Source: Planctomycetota bacterium (GTDB lineage: Bacteria; Planctomycetota; SZUA-567; H5-PLA8). Taken from it: a stretch of 64,000 nt of DNA. The notes below the pieces were generated by a model. The model saw only the letters and a program-made list of their open reading frames with translations. It was not told the DNA's origin and ran no database searches. A program made the translations under genes and the position numbers. This document shows positions 38,569 through 48,101 of the stretch, piece by piece (within the stretch, counting starts at the first letter, position 1; the number at the start of each line of letters is the position of its first letter). Where the stretch lies: the NCBI GenBank assembly GCA_038227875.1, contig JBBRPR010000001.1, positions 282,364 to 346,363 of the forward strand, read 5' to 3'.

Positions 38569-39984
38569 CTACTCCCCGATGCAGTACAGCTTCGTCTGGC
38601 CGCGGATGTACATGCGTTTGCCGTCGAAGACCGGAGAGGCGCAGAAGGGTTCCAGCGTGTTGCGGAAGAGTTCCTTGTATTCCTTGCCCGGTTCGAGCAC
38701 CACGGTCGTGCCGCTGTCGACGCTGATGTACACATACTTACCCGCCAGCGCGAGACTGGGGTAGTACGTGCCTTTGCCGAGTTCCAGTTTCTTCTCATAT
38801 ACCAGCGCGCCGGTCCCTGCGTCGAAGACGCTCAGGTCGCCCTTCTGGGTGATGGCGTAGAGCAGGCCGTCGTTGAGTATCGGCGACGCGTAGTAGCGTT
38901 CCTTGATCGGCTTGATGCTCCACAGCGCTTCCGTCGTCACGGCATCGTTGACGATTTTCTCAGGAAGCTTCACGGCTTTGCCGGAGTCTTCGTCGATGAA
39001 GTAGGCGATGTTGTCCTGGACCAGCGGCGAGGCGTACTTGAGAAACGCGAACTTCGAGGCAAGTACTTTGCCGTCCGCGACGCGCACGAGATCGCCGGCC
39101 GGCGTCAACACCGACTGAGTGTCGCCGATTTTTACGATCGATGGCGTGCCCCACTGGCTCTGCACTTTCGCGGTCCAGACTGGCTCGCCGGTGGCGGCGT
39201 TCAGCGCGATCAGGTTGGTGAGATGGATGAGCAACTTGTCGCCGGCGAGCACCGGCGAGGTGCTCTGGCCCCAGTTGTCGCGCGGGTTTTCGAGTTTGCG
39301 GATCCAGTTGCGCGTGCCCTTGAGATCGTAACTGGCGACCACGCCGCTGCCGAAGACGACGAAGACGTTCTTGCCATCAGTGAGCGGCGTGCTGCTGGCG
39401 TAGCCATTGAATCCATGCGCGGGCGGCATGGCGAAGTTTTTCAGCGGCTCGAACTTTGGCGTCAGTTCCGCGACCTTGGCTTTGGCGTCGTCGGATTTTT
39501 TCTTGGCGTCCGCGTTGGTGGGGTCCTTTTGCAGCTGACCGTTGGCGCGCTGCACTTCATGCCGCGCTTTTTCAAGCTCGGCGCTCAGCGCAGTGGCTTC
39601 CTTGATCTTCTCGACGTCCTCGGGCTTGGACGCTTCTTCGAGCGTGTTGGTCTTCTCCCACAGGATTTTACCGTCGGCGGCGTTGACGCAGATGAGTGTC
39701 GCGGGTTCGGCGCAGACGAAGAGGTTGCCGCCCAGCAGCACCGGCGAGGCGTTGCTCTTGCTGGGCATCGGCGTCGACCAGATCACATTCTTGGCCGGCG
39801 ACCATTCGACCGGCGGAGTCGCGGTCGGATACTTCCCGGAACCGTCCGTGCGCCAGCCGGCGGTCTCGGCCGCACCAGCGCTGATCGCTGTGGCCGCGCA
39901 GATCAGAGCCACGCAAGGTGCGAGAAAACCACTGCGGGATTTTACGCTTCCGCCCGTGTGGAGAATTCCGGCGCTCGTGCTCAT
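38569..39984 (-). CDS. PQQ-binding-like beta-propeller protein
   Basis: NVIWSTPMP, ASPV, repeated A.TG..VW units, ASPVFDGKRMYIR. Confidence 0.85.
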   Translation of the reverse strand: MSTSAGILHTGGSVKSRSGFLAPCVALICAATAISAGAAETAGWRTDGSGKYPTATPPVEWSPAKNVIWSTPMPSKSNASPVLLGGNLFVCAEPATLICVNAADGKILWEKTNTLEEASKPEDVEKIKEATALSAELEKARHEVQRANGQLQKDPTNADAKKKSDDAKAKVAELTPKFEPLKNFAMPPAHGFNGYASSTPLTDGKNVFVVFGSGVVASYDLKGTRNWIRKLENPRDNWGQSTSPVLAGDKLLIHLTNLIALNAATGEPVWTAKVQSQWGTPSIVKIGDTQSVLTPAGDLVRVADGKVLASKFAFLKYASPLVQDNIAYFIDEDSGKAVKLPEKIVNDAVTTEALWSIKPIKERYYASPILNDGLLYAITQKGDLSVFDAGTGALVYEKKLELGKGTYYPSLALAGKYVYISVDSGTTVVLEPGKEYKELFRNTLEPFCASPVFDGKRMYIRGQTKLYCIGE

Positions 39985-40051
39985 GAACAGTCACCTTTCG
40001 CGGTAAATAAATCAGACCTTCAACCGAACTACAGGCTGCCGGTTGCCTCGT

Positions 40052-40372
40052 TTACAGGAACGAGCAGACATACTCGGCAATGCCCGATTCGACCGTGATC
40101 TCAAATGACGACTTTCCGGGTACATCAAATTGAGTTCCAGCTTCGTACGTTTTCCAGTCAGACTGTCCGGCCAGCTTCACTTTGCTCGTGCCGGCGGTCA
40201 TTTCCATGCGCTCGGGGCCTTCGGTGTTGAATTTGAAGCTGCCGGGATAGATCAATCCGAGCGTCTTCTTCGCGCCTCCGGCGAGCAGAATGGTGTGGCT
40301 CACCACTTTGCCGTCGAAGTAAACATTGGCTTTGCTGGTCACGGACACGTTGTCGAATTTCGCGGGCGCCAT
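40052..40372 (-). CDS. ppnP: Pyrimidine/purine nucleoside phosphorylase
   Basis: KANVYFDGKVVS, KKTLGLI.PG, FNT..PE.M, F.VPG.S.F, YVCSF. Confidence 0.92.
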   Translation of the reverse strand: MAPAKFDNVSVTSKANVYFDGKVVSHTILLAGGAKKTLGLIYPGSFKFNTEGPERMEMTAGTSKVKLAGQSDWKTYEAGTQFDVPGKSSFEITVESGIAEYVCSFL

Positions 40373-40410
40373 CACTCTCTCCTTCAGGAATCAAAATGTT
40401 CAGCCATTGT

Positions 40411-40629
40411 CTACATCATGTCGTTCTTGCTTTTGAGCAGCGACGAGTTGGTCGTGGTCTTATCGACGCCGATGTTGAGACGTTCTTTCAACGCCTTGAT
40501 GCGGCGGCTCAATACAACTTTGTCGGTCGGATGAGTGGCCGAACCCAGATCCCGCTCCAGTTGAGCGATACGGGTTTTAACGGCTTCGGGTGTTGCCAGC
40601 TCCGCGTCGGGTGTAATGCGCATAGCCAT
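40411..40629 (-). CDS. Small hypothetical coiled-coil protein
   Basis: GGAGG RBS; 72 aa; helical hairpin pattern. Confidence 0.65.
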   Translation of the reverse strand: MAMRITPDAELATPEAVKTRIAQLERDLGSATHPTDKVVLSRRIKALKERLNIGVDKTTTNSSLLKSKNDMM

Positions 40630-40698
40630 GGGGAGTACCTCCAGAAGTAAGTCGTACGGGGAGTCACGATAGCGGTGCAGGACGAATGTTCAAGGAGA

Positions 40699-40816
40699 GC
40701 GGCTCGCGGCTCGTGGCTCTTGGCTCTTGGTTCTTGGGAGTCCTGTCGGTTATTGGTGGACCCAATGACTAACCGACAGGACTCCCAAGAGCTAAGGGCC
40801 AACAGCCAAGAGCCGC
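40699..40816. repeat. Palindrome with GGCTCTT heptamer arms
   Basis: Perfect 21-bp stem 40732-40752 / 40770-40790 plus degenerate heptamer arms. Confidence 0.9.
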
Positions 40817-40818
40817 AA

Positions 40819-41700
40819 CTAATAGTGCTTCCACTGATCCAGGCCCACGATGATATCGTACATCGCGTGGCTGGCGGCGGCGACGCCGAAGGAGCGCGAG
40901 AAATAGAGCGCGGAAAAGTAGATGCCGGCGAGCACGCGCTGGAGGAAGACGCCGGTGTGATACGGCTCGCCGCCGATGTGATGAAACGCCGAGAAGATGA
41001 CGGCTCCCGTGATCGCCGACCACGCCGCAGCATAGGCGTGTTCCATGTGGAAGAACTTGGTGAAGATCAGCAGCAGCAGCCCGAGCAGAAAGACGCGGAA
41101 GACCAGTTCCTCGTACACGCCCGCGCCGCAGTAGAGCACAAAGTCGCCGATTCCCGGCCGGCGCGCCGCGGAACGGGAGCCAGACGCAGGAGCGGGTGAG
41201 GGTGCGACGCGGCTATCCATGGTGGTGGGAGCTGGCGCCGGTGTTCGCACGGGTTCTTCCGTGGCGGTAACAGTTGCATTCGGGGCCGGCGCGGTGATGC
41301 AGCCGGGCAAATAGCGCACGAAATAGCCCAGCAGCATAAAAAGCACGACGGCATAGATCAGACTTTCGAAAAACGACGCGATCAGCACCGGCGCGCGCAA
41401 CGACCAGGTGCCTTTTTTCTGGAACTGCCAGATCATAAACGCGACGATCGGCACGACGATGGACGCGAAACTGGCTTCGACGCCCAGGAAGCGAAAGAGA
41501 CTGCCGCTGAGCGTGGTGATGATCGCGTCGCCGCCGTTGATCACGCGGGACTTGAGCACCACCAATCCGATCTGGTAGATCAAAATAAATGGCAGCACCA
41601 GCGCGGCGGAATAAATGGGCTGCTGCGTTTCGGAGAAGTAATTGCGCTGAGCCGGAGCGGCGGCAGCGGAAGCTGGAGTTGCTGGAGGCGCCTGATCCAT
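40819..41700 (-). CDS. CPBP (CAAX/Abi) family intramembrane metalloprotease
   Basis: GVYEELVFR, FSAFHH, SHAMYD; multiple TMs. Confidence 0.9.
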   Translation of the reverse strand: MDQAPPATPASAAAAPAQRNYFSETQQPIYSAALVLPFILIYQIGLVVLKSRVINGGDAIITTLSGSLFRFLGVEASFASIVVPIVAFMIWQFQKKGTWSLRAPVLIASFFESLIYAVVLFMLLGYFVRYLPGCITAPAPNATVTATEEPVRTPAPAPTTMDSRVAPSPAPASGSRSAARRPGIGDFVLYCGAGVYEELVFRVFLLGLLLLIFTKFFHMEHAYAAAWSAITGAVIFSAFHHIGGEPYHTGVFLQRVLAGIYFSALYFSRSFGVAAASHAMYDIIVGLDQWKHY

Positions 41701-41704
41701 GGAG

Positions 41705-41817
41705 TGGCTCTTAGCTCTCGGCTCTTGGCTCTTGGGCCTGGCGGTTAGCCGATGCGCTCCTGGGAAAACCGTCTTCCCGACAGGTCCAAGAGCCAGGAGC
41801 TAAGTGCCAGGAGCCCA
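41705..41817. repeat. Palindrome with GGCTCTT heptamer arms (same family as 40699-40816)
   Basis: ggctcttagctctcggctcttggctcttgggcctg ... caggtccaagagccaggagctaagtgccaggagcc. Confidence 0.85.
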
Positions 41818-41888
41818 CGTTCACTCCCGGGCGGAGCGCACGGCTGGTCGTGAAGTTCACCCCAACAAGCGCTGCGGAGTCACGCCCT

Positions 41889-42905
41889 TCAGCCAATCTC
41901 TTCGAACTCGTCGCCCAGTGGCTCCAAATTGCTGGGCGCAGCAGGCGGTGGGGGAGCGGGCCGGGGCGCAGGCTTAGGGATCGGCTTGGCCGGTGCGGCA
42001 GCGGCCACCTGCACGGCTGCGCGGCGTTCGCTGGGGACCTTCTGCGGTGCGGGCTGATTGGTATCGCGTTCAAATTTCGAAATCGACTCGGCGACCTGTT
42101 CGTCCTTCACCGCGACGCCGCGGCGCTTCAAGGTTGTATCGACCACAATCGCTTCGTCGTTGAGCCCGGCGAGAATATCGTCCATGCTTTTGTTCTTGGA
42201 CGGCACAGTCGTCGAGCCTTTAGGCTTGGGCAGCGGTTCGCCCACGACCACGCCTTTGGCCAGGCAGTCCTTGCAGAAGTTCTTGCCTTCGAATTCCTTG
42301 GCGTTGCCCAACTGCCAGTCGGCGACGGGAATGCTGGCGTTGCACATATCGCAGAAGAACACCTTCGGCCGTTCGATCTGCGCGGGCGTGGAGTCCACGA
42401 CCGGTTCGGGCGGCAGCGGCAGCATCATTTCGCGAATCGCCAGCTCCAGCGGCGACGGACCGGCCTGACGCACTGTCGCAGCCGAGGGCACCGGGACTGC
42501 CGTGGGCACATTTGCCACCGCGGCGACGGGAACGGCGGCCTGCGGCTGCTGGCGCGTAGTCGTGGCTGAATCGTGCGAGCCGACCGGCGCGACAAAGTCT
42601 TCGGCGGCCTTCTCGGTTTCGTGGTATTCGATTTCCGTATCGCCGACGACGACCCGGTCGAACGGATTGAGCACCGTTTCCTCCGTCACGCGCGTGCCGT
42701 TGAGGAAGGTGCCGTTGGTGCTGTTAAGATCTTTGACTGTAACCTGGTCGTCGGCAAACGTGATCTGACAGTGGCGGCGCGAGAGTTTCAGATCGGGTAA
42801 TGGCAGATCGATGTCCCGGTTGCGCCCGAGCACGATGGTCTTACCCGTGGGAAGGCTGACGCTCTTTCCCGCGTATGGACCGCTGCGAAAAACCAGCTTG
42901 GCCAC
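41889..42905 (-). CDS. FHA domain protein with CxxC...CxxC zinc-finger-like segment
   Basis: LGR, SRRHC, DLNSTNGT; CDMC...CKDC; start at GTG after GGGGGAG. Confidence 0.88.
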   Translation of the reverse strand: MAKLVFRSGPYAGKSVSLPTGKTIVLGRNRDIDLPLPDLKLSRRHCQITFADDQVTVKDLNSTNGTFLNGTRVTEETVLNPFDRVVVGDTEIEYHETEKAAEDFVAPVGSHDSATTTRQQPQAAVPVAAVANVPTAVPVPSAATVRQAGPSPLELAIREMMLPLPPEPVVDSTPAQIERPKVFFCDMCNASIPVADWQLGNAKEFEGKNFCKDCLAKGVVVGEPLPKPKGSTTVPSKNKSMDDILAGLNDEAIVVDTTLKRRGVAVKDEQVAESISKFERDTNQPAPQKVPSERRAAVQVAAAAPAKPIPKPAPRPAPPPPAAPSNLEPLGDEFEEIG

Positions 42906-43031
42906 GACGAAGACTCCCCCGGACGCACACTCGTTCAGCCGCATTATACGCTTTGTTCTCGCTATGAACAGCCAAACGGCGGGGGAATTTTGAATAAAGT
43001 ATTCGTGTGGTCGGGCTGTACTACAACGGCG

Positions 43032-43219
43032 CGAACAGATGGGATCGGGGATCGGGCATCTGGCATCGGTCAGTGGGGATATGCTCAGAAGGAATCACGG
43101 TTGAGCCTTTTGGAGCAGTTCGTTCAGAAATTCAAGGTCAAGACAAGACCTCACACGAAGTCCGATGCGGCTTCCAAACGACCGATGCCCGATGCCAGAT
43201 CCCCGATGCCGTCTGTTCG
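43032..43219. repeat. Inverted repeat with GGCATCG-type heptamer arms of about 40 bp
   Basis: 43032-43071 versus 43180-43219. Confidence 0.85.
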
Positions 43220-43225
43220 GCAGTG

Positions 43226-44635
43226 CTAGCGTCCCAGCACCTGCCGCAACGCCTGAATCTCCAATTTAAGATTCTCGTCGCGCTTCAGCAGTTCGGAGAG
43301 CTTGTTGGTCGCGTGCAAGACGGTGGCGTGGTCGCGGTTGCCGTAGAAGCGGCCGATATCGGCCACGCTCTGCGACGTCAATGCTTTCGAGAGATACATC
43401 CCGACGTGCCGGGCGTGCACGAGTGAGGCGTGGCGCTTGCCGGACCGAATTTCATCGGCACTGACGGCAAACCGCTGTGTCACGGCCGCCAGAATGTCGC
43501 CGAGCGTCAGTGGACCCGTGCGAATGTAGCCCAGATCCCGCAACGCGACGATCGCCAGTTCGCGGTCCGGCGAACGTGATTCCGCGGCGGCCAGCGCCAT
43601 CAGCTTGCACACGGCGCCTTCGAGTTCCCGCACGTTGCTGTCGATGTGTGAGGCCATCAGTTCAGCGACGTCAGCGGCGAGCGCCAGACCGCGCACGCGC
43701 GCTTTTTCGCGCAACAGTTCCGTGCGCAGCGGAATCTCCGGCGTCTCCAACCGAGCGACCAGGCCGCTCTGAAAACGTGTCACGAGTTTCTGGTCGAGGC
43801 GCTTGATATCGCGCGGCGCGTTGTCCGCGGATAGCACAACCTGTTTGCCCGACTGGCGGAGGCAATCGAACGTATGCAGAAATTCTTCCTGCGTCTTCTC
43901 GCGGCCGGCGAGGAACTGCACGTCGTCCAGCAGCAGCGCGTCGAAGGAGCGGAATTCGGAGCGGAACGCGTCGAGGCGTTTGTTCTGCACCGCGGAGACG
44001 TACGCGTTGGTGAATTCTTCGCAGGAGATGTAACCGACGCTCAGCGCCGGAATACGTTCTTTCAGCAGATGGCCGATGCCCTGCAGCAGATGCGTTTTGC
44101 CCAGGCCGTGCGCGCCGTGAATGAAGAGCGGGTTGTAAACCGCCGCGGGCGATTCAGCGACGCTCTGCGCGGCCGCGTGCGCCACGCGGTTGCAACGGCC
44201 GACGAGGAACGTTTCGAGTCGCAGATTGGCGGCGAGCACCACGCGCCGGTGTTGCGTGGTCGAAACCGAGGGCATATGCGTGTTCGACGAACTGGGTGCG
44301 TGTCCGTTGCGAATGCTGGGCGGAATCGTGCCGTTGAGCACCTGCGCCAGCGTGGACGAGGATTCCGGCGCCGGGCGCACAGGCACGTGCACGCTAATAT
44401 TGATGCTGGCAATGTCCGGTGCGAGCGCAGACGCGGCGGCGAGCAGTTCCTTGCGATAGTGGCTTTCCAGCCATTGCTTCACGTAACGGTTCGGCGCGAT
44501 CAGGTTGAGCGTGCGGCTCTCCACCGACTCGACATTCAGGTCCTTAAACCACGTGCGGAAACACTCTGTGCTGACTGTACTTCGGATGTTCTCCAGGATA
44601 CTAGCGCACAAGACTTGTGTTGCCGTTTCAGACAC
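43226..44635 (-). CDS. dnaA: Chromosomal replication initiator DnaA
   Basis: YNPLFIHGAHGLGKTHL, LLDDVQFLAG, TQEEFLHTF, NVRELEGA, RDHATVLHA. Confidence 0.96.
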   Translation of the reverse strand: MSETATQVLCASILENIRSTVSTECFRTWFKDLNVESVESRTLNLIAPNRYVKQWLESHYRKELLAAASALAPDIASINISVHVPVRPAPESSSTLAQVLNGTIPPSIRNGHAPSSSNTHMPSVSTTQHRRVVLAANLRLETFLVGRCNRVAHAAAQSVAESPAAVYNPLFIHGAHGLGKTHLLQGIGHLLKERIPALSVGYISCEEFTNAYVSAVQNKRLDAFRSEFRSFDALLLDDVQFLAGREKTQEEFLHTFDCLRQSGKQVVLSADNAPRDIKRLDQKLVTRFQSGLVARLETPEIPLRTELLREKARVRGLALAADVAELMASHIDSNVRELEGAVCKLMALAAAESRSPDRELAIVALRDLGYIRTGPLTLGDILAAVTQRFAVSADEIRSGKRHASLVHARHVGMYLSKALTSQSVADIGRFYGNRDHATVLHATNKLSELLKRDENLKLEIQALRQVLGR

Positions 44636-44972
44636 AATAGCACTCCGCTCTTGAGATGTTCATCCCAAGCTTGCTGCACGAATTTCGATCAGTGGGACGG
44701 ATACGTCGTATCCCTTTTCGTTTGATGGCGCGGATTGTACGGATCGCATCGAAACGAGTCAAAAAAAAAATGAAACGCGGCTCATTTCGAGCAAACTGCT
44801 GAATTCCATAGGTGTTATGCGCTCGTCAACACCGGAAATTCGTATGTGCTGTCTGGGCTGTTCGTGCTACGCGCGCGCAGGTTTGAAATTCGGTTCTGTT
44901 AACCGTTTGTTAAACGCGCGTTTACAAAAACTTGATACGGGAACTCAAAAGCGTAGCACGCGCAATCCATTT

Positions 44973-46016
44973 TCAAATTTTTAGCTCAAGTGAAATGTCG
45001 AGTGCCTTTGCAGAATGCGTCAAGGCACCCGAAGAGATGCGGTCGATTCCTGTTTCTGCAATTGCAGTCAGTGTTTCCAAAGTTATCCCGCCGGACGCTT
45101 CGAGTTTCGGGCGCGTGCGATTTTTTTTCTCCGCAAAAAAATTTTCAGTCCATTCAACGCCCGCGCGCGTTTGTTCGACGGAAAAATTGTCGAGCAACAC
45201 GAATTCCGGCGACGAATTCATGCACACATGTTGTAGTCCTTCCAGCGAAGTAACTTCAACTTCGATTGGAATGTTTGGAAACTTTGCACGCGCAGCATTC
45301 ACCGCGCCCGCAGGATTGCTAACGCCCCACAGCGCCATGTGATTGTCTTTGATCAGAATCATGTCGAACAATCCGCGCCGGTGATTTTCTCCGCCGCCGC
45401 ATTTCACCGCGTACTTTTCCAGATCCCGCCACAGTGGCGTGGTCTTGCGCGTGTCGACGATTTTTGCTTTCGTGTGCGCCACTTTCTTCACGTACTGCGC
45501 CGTGAGAGTTGCCACGCCTGACAACATGCAGAGCAGATTGAGCGCCGTGCGTTCCCCTGCGAGAATCGCGCGCGCGTCGCCGGTGATCGTCGCCGCGATT
45601 GTGCCTTTCGGCACGGCGTCGCCGTCTTTTTTGAATGTCTCGACGCGCAGTCCCTGCTTCGCCAGCCGCTCGCTCATGCGCATCACGGCATCCCACTCGG
45701 TCTTGCCTTCGCGCGCGGCCTGCTGCGCGTCTTCCAGATCCCACGCGCGCCCGGCCGCCTGCATCGAGACGAGTTGCTCGGCCATCTGAAAAATAATGCC
45801 GACGAGTTTAATTCCTGCCAGCACGCCGTCTGCTTTGATCAGCACGTCGGCGGATGCGATGCGACCTTCCGGCACGAGCGCCTGCGATGTTACATCGCCC
45901 ACTGCCGTCAAATCTTCCAGCAGCGTGTGACGCAGTCTGTCGAAGAGCGAGAGCGGCTCGAGACTCGGCGGAGGAGGAGGTGGTGGCGCGGATGGTGGTG
46001 AGCCCTCTGCAGGCAT
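44973..46016 (-). CDS. nadC: Quinolinate phosphoribosyltransferase with an insertion of about 40 aa
   Basis: ED...GDVT, ERTALN, DTRKTTP, HRRGL.D.ILIKDNH, LLDN, EASGGI. Confidence 0.95.
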   Translation of the reverse strand: MPAEGSPPSAPPPPPPPSLEPLSLFDRLRHTLLEDLTAVGDVTSQALVPEGRIASADVLIKADGVLAGIKLVGIIFQMAEQLVSMQAAGRAWDLEDAQQAAREGKTEWDAVMRMSERLAKQGLRVETFKKDGDAVPKGTIAATITGDARAILAGERTALNLLCMLSGVATLTAQYVKKVAHTKAKIVDTRKTTPLWRDLEKYAVKCGGGENHRRGLFDMILIKDNHMALWGVSNPAGAVNAARAKFPNIPIEVEVTSLEGLQHVCMNSSPEFVLLDNFSVEQTRAGVEWTENFFAEKKNRTRPKLEASGGITLETLTAIAETGIDRISSGALTHSAKALDISLELKI

Positions 46017-46101
46017 GTTTTCTCCAAGCATGAAAAATGACGACTGTCGAATGTCGAAAAACAGACACGAACTGCGCGCGACGAATCCCGATTCCAACAA
46101 A

Positions 46102-47943
46102 CTACTCGCGCACGTTCAGCTCCAACTTCCACTGCCCGTTGCCTTCGCGTTCCTTACACCACAGTTCCAGCGTGCCGACCGCGGTGACCTTGGTCTGCAG
46201 CTTCACCGGGACCAGTGTGCCGGCAGTGGCCTTCTTGGTGGCGGGGAGATTGGCTTCAATCGGGGCGAGTTCCGAGCAGGTGCCTTCCCAATCTTCAATC
46301 GTGTTTCCCACGCGGTCGTCGCGGCGTGTCGTGGAGGAGAGAAAGCGGAATTGCGCCGGTTCTCCAACGACCAGGCCAAACTCCGCGCTGGGAACTTCGA
46401 CTTCCGTGCCTTCTTCCATGCCAAACGAGACCACGCACAGTGCCTTGATCGGCGGCCGATGTCCGGGGACCGCGGGCATCGACGACTCCACGCCGATGTA
46501 GTACGTCCGTGCCACACCGCCGCGGATGCGCACGCCCTTGCCGCGCTGTCCCAGCCCGTAAAACGTCGCACCGCGCGCCACGGCCTGATCCAGATCGCTG
46601 CCCGGCAGCACGCGTAGGGGTTCGGAGCCTTCTTCCTTCAGCCATGCGTTGAGTAGATCCACGACGCGTTCGCAGAGCATGCCGGCCTTCATCACACCGC
46701 CGTTGAAGAGGATCGCCGTCGGATGCACGAACGTCTTGCCTTTGAGCTGCGCGGGAATGTCCTTACCCTGTGCCAGATTCTCACGCGCGAGAAATCGCGC
46801 CAACTGCCGCGAGACCGAGGGATCCGATGCGTACGACAATCCCAATTCCTGCAAACCCATGCGGATCGCGCGTGCGGGACGGTCTGTGGCTTTGCACATG
46901 CCGAAGAAGCCTTCGAGTATAACTTTCGAAACTTCGTCGCGTGTTATTTTTGTTTTGATTGTCTTGCCGATCACGCTGCTGCCGCGGCCCAGAATCGCGA
47001 GCGGCAATTCCGCTTTGTTCGAATCGGAGAGCAACTTCTCTTTCGCTTCGCGGCAACTGTGAGCCAGCCCGCGCAACTGCCACGCGTCCAGTTTCGTGCC
47101 TTCCGCTGCCAGGCGCTCCGAAACCGCGTGCGCCAGCGCGAGATCCATGTTGTCGCCGCCGAGCAGAATGTGTTCGCCCACCGCGATGCGGTTGAGCGTC
47201 AGCGAGCCGGCTTCTTCGCCCACAGCGATCAGCGAAAAGTCGGTCGTGCCGCCGCCGACGTCGACGACGAGCACCAAGTCGCCAAGTTTCACCTGCTGGC
47301 GCCATTGGTCGTGCGTCGAGTCGACCCACGAATAGAACGCCGCTTGCGGTTCTTCCAGCAGCGTGACGTCTTCAAAGCCCGCCGACTTCGCTGCTTCCAT
47401 GGTCAGATCGCGCGCCGCCGCGTCGAAACTGGCCGGGACGCAGAGCATGATCTTCTGATTCTTAAGCTTGCCGCCCTTTTGGCCCTTGGTGACAGTCTCG
47501 TCCCAGGCTTCGGCGAGGTGCTTCAAAATGCGCGAGGATACTTCGACCGGCGAAAGCTTGGTGATGTCCTCCGGCGCGCCCCACGGCAGCAGACCCGAGC
47601 GCCGATCGACGCCGGGATGACAGAGCCACGACTTGGCGGAGCTGACCAATCGGCCGGGAACTTCCTTGCCGCGGCCGCGCGCCCATTCGCCCAGCGCGTA
47701 ATTGTGCGGCTTCTTTTCGTCCCACGGCAGCGCCAGGCTGCCCTCGGGAAGCTCGCCTTCCGCCGGGAGATACAGAAACGACGGCAGCAGCGAGCGGCTC
47801 TCGACGGACCCCGGCCGGACGATCTGCGGAATTTCCATCGTCAGAATTTTGGGCTGATCGACTTTCTCGTTCAGATCCGCATACGCCAGAGCGCAATTGG
47901 TCGTGCCCAAGTCGATTCCCACCACGTAACGGCTGTCCGCCAT
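46102..47943 (-). CDS. Hsp70 family protein (non-canonical DnaK-like)
   Basis: GIDLGTTN, VPASFD, EEPQAA, DVGGGTTD, LGGDNMD; start 47943 or 47952. Confidence 0.9.
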   Translation of the reverse strand: MADSRYVVGIDLGTTNCALAYADLNEKVDQPKILTMEIPQIVRPGSVESRSLLPSFLYLPAEGELPEGSLALPWDEKKPHNYALGEWARGRGKEVPGRLVSSAKSWLCHPGVDRRSGLLPWGAPEDITKLSPVEVSSRILKHLAEAWDETVTKGQKGGKLKNQKIMLCVPASFDAAARDLTMEAAKSAGFEDVTLLEEPQAAFYSWVDSTHDQWRQQVKLGDLVLVVDVGGGTTDFSLIAVGEEAGSLTLNRIAVGEHILLGGDNMDLALAHAVSERLAAEGTKLDAWQLRGLAHSCREAKEKLLSDSNKAELPLAILGRGSSVIGKTIKTKITRDEVSKVILEGFFGMCKATDRPARAIRMGLQELGLSYASDPSVSRQLARFLARENLAQGKDIPAQLKGKTFVHPTAILFNGGVMKAGMLCERVVDLLNAWLKEEGSEPLRVLPGSDLDQAVARGATFYGLGQRGKGVRIRGGVARTYYIGVESSMPAVPGHRPPIKALCVVSFGMEEGTEVEVPSAEFGLVVGEPAQFRFLSSTTRRDDRVGNTIEDWEGTCSELAPIEANLPATKKATAGTLVPVKLQTKVTAVGTLELWCKEREGNGQWKLELNVRE

Positions 47944-48101
47944 CGCTTTCATCTCCCGTAACTTTAAGGACTTCCTGTCGGTTGGTAGTATAGAACGTTA
48001 GGGTGTAAGTTAAAGTGACGGAGGACGGGCGATTTTAAGACCCGGGAATCCGTTCCCAATTCTGGCGTGGGATTTAAGCTCGAGCGTGTAAGAAGGTGGC
48101 G

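Noticed and set aside
41820..41888. GC-rich hairpin after the FHA gene as SRP RNA or tRNA
   Set aside because: No SRP GGAA-loop motif and no T-loop or cloverleaf; probably a 3' UTR stem
44636..44972. oriC upstream of dnaA
   Set aside because: No canonical DnaA boxes found and no dnaN; cannot be supported
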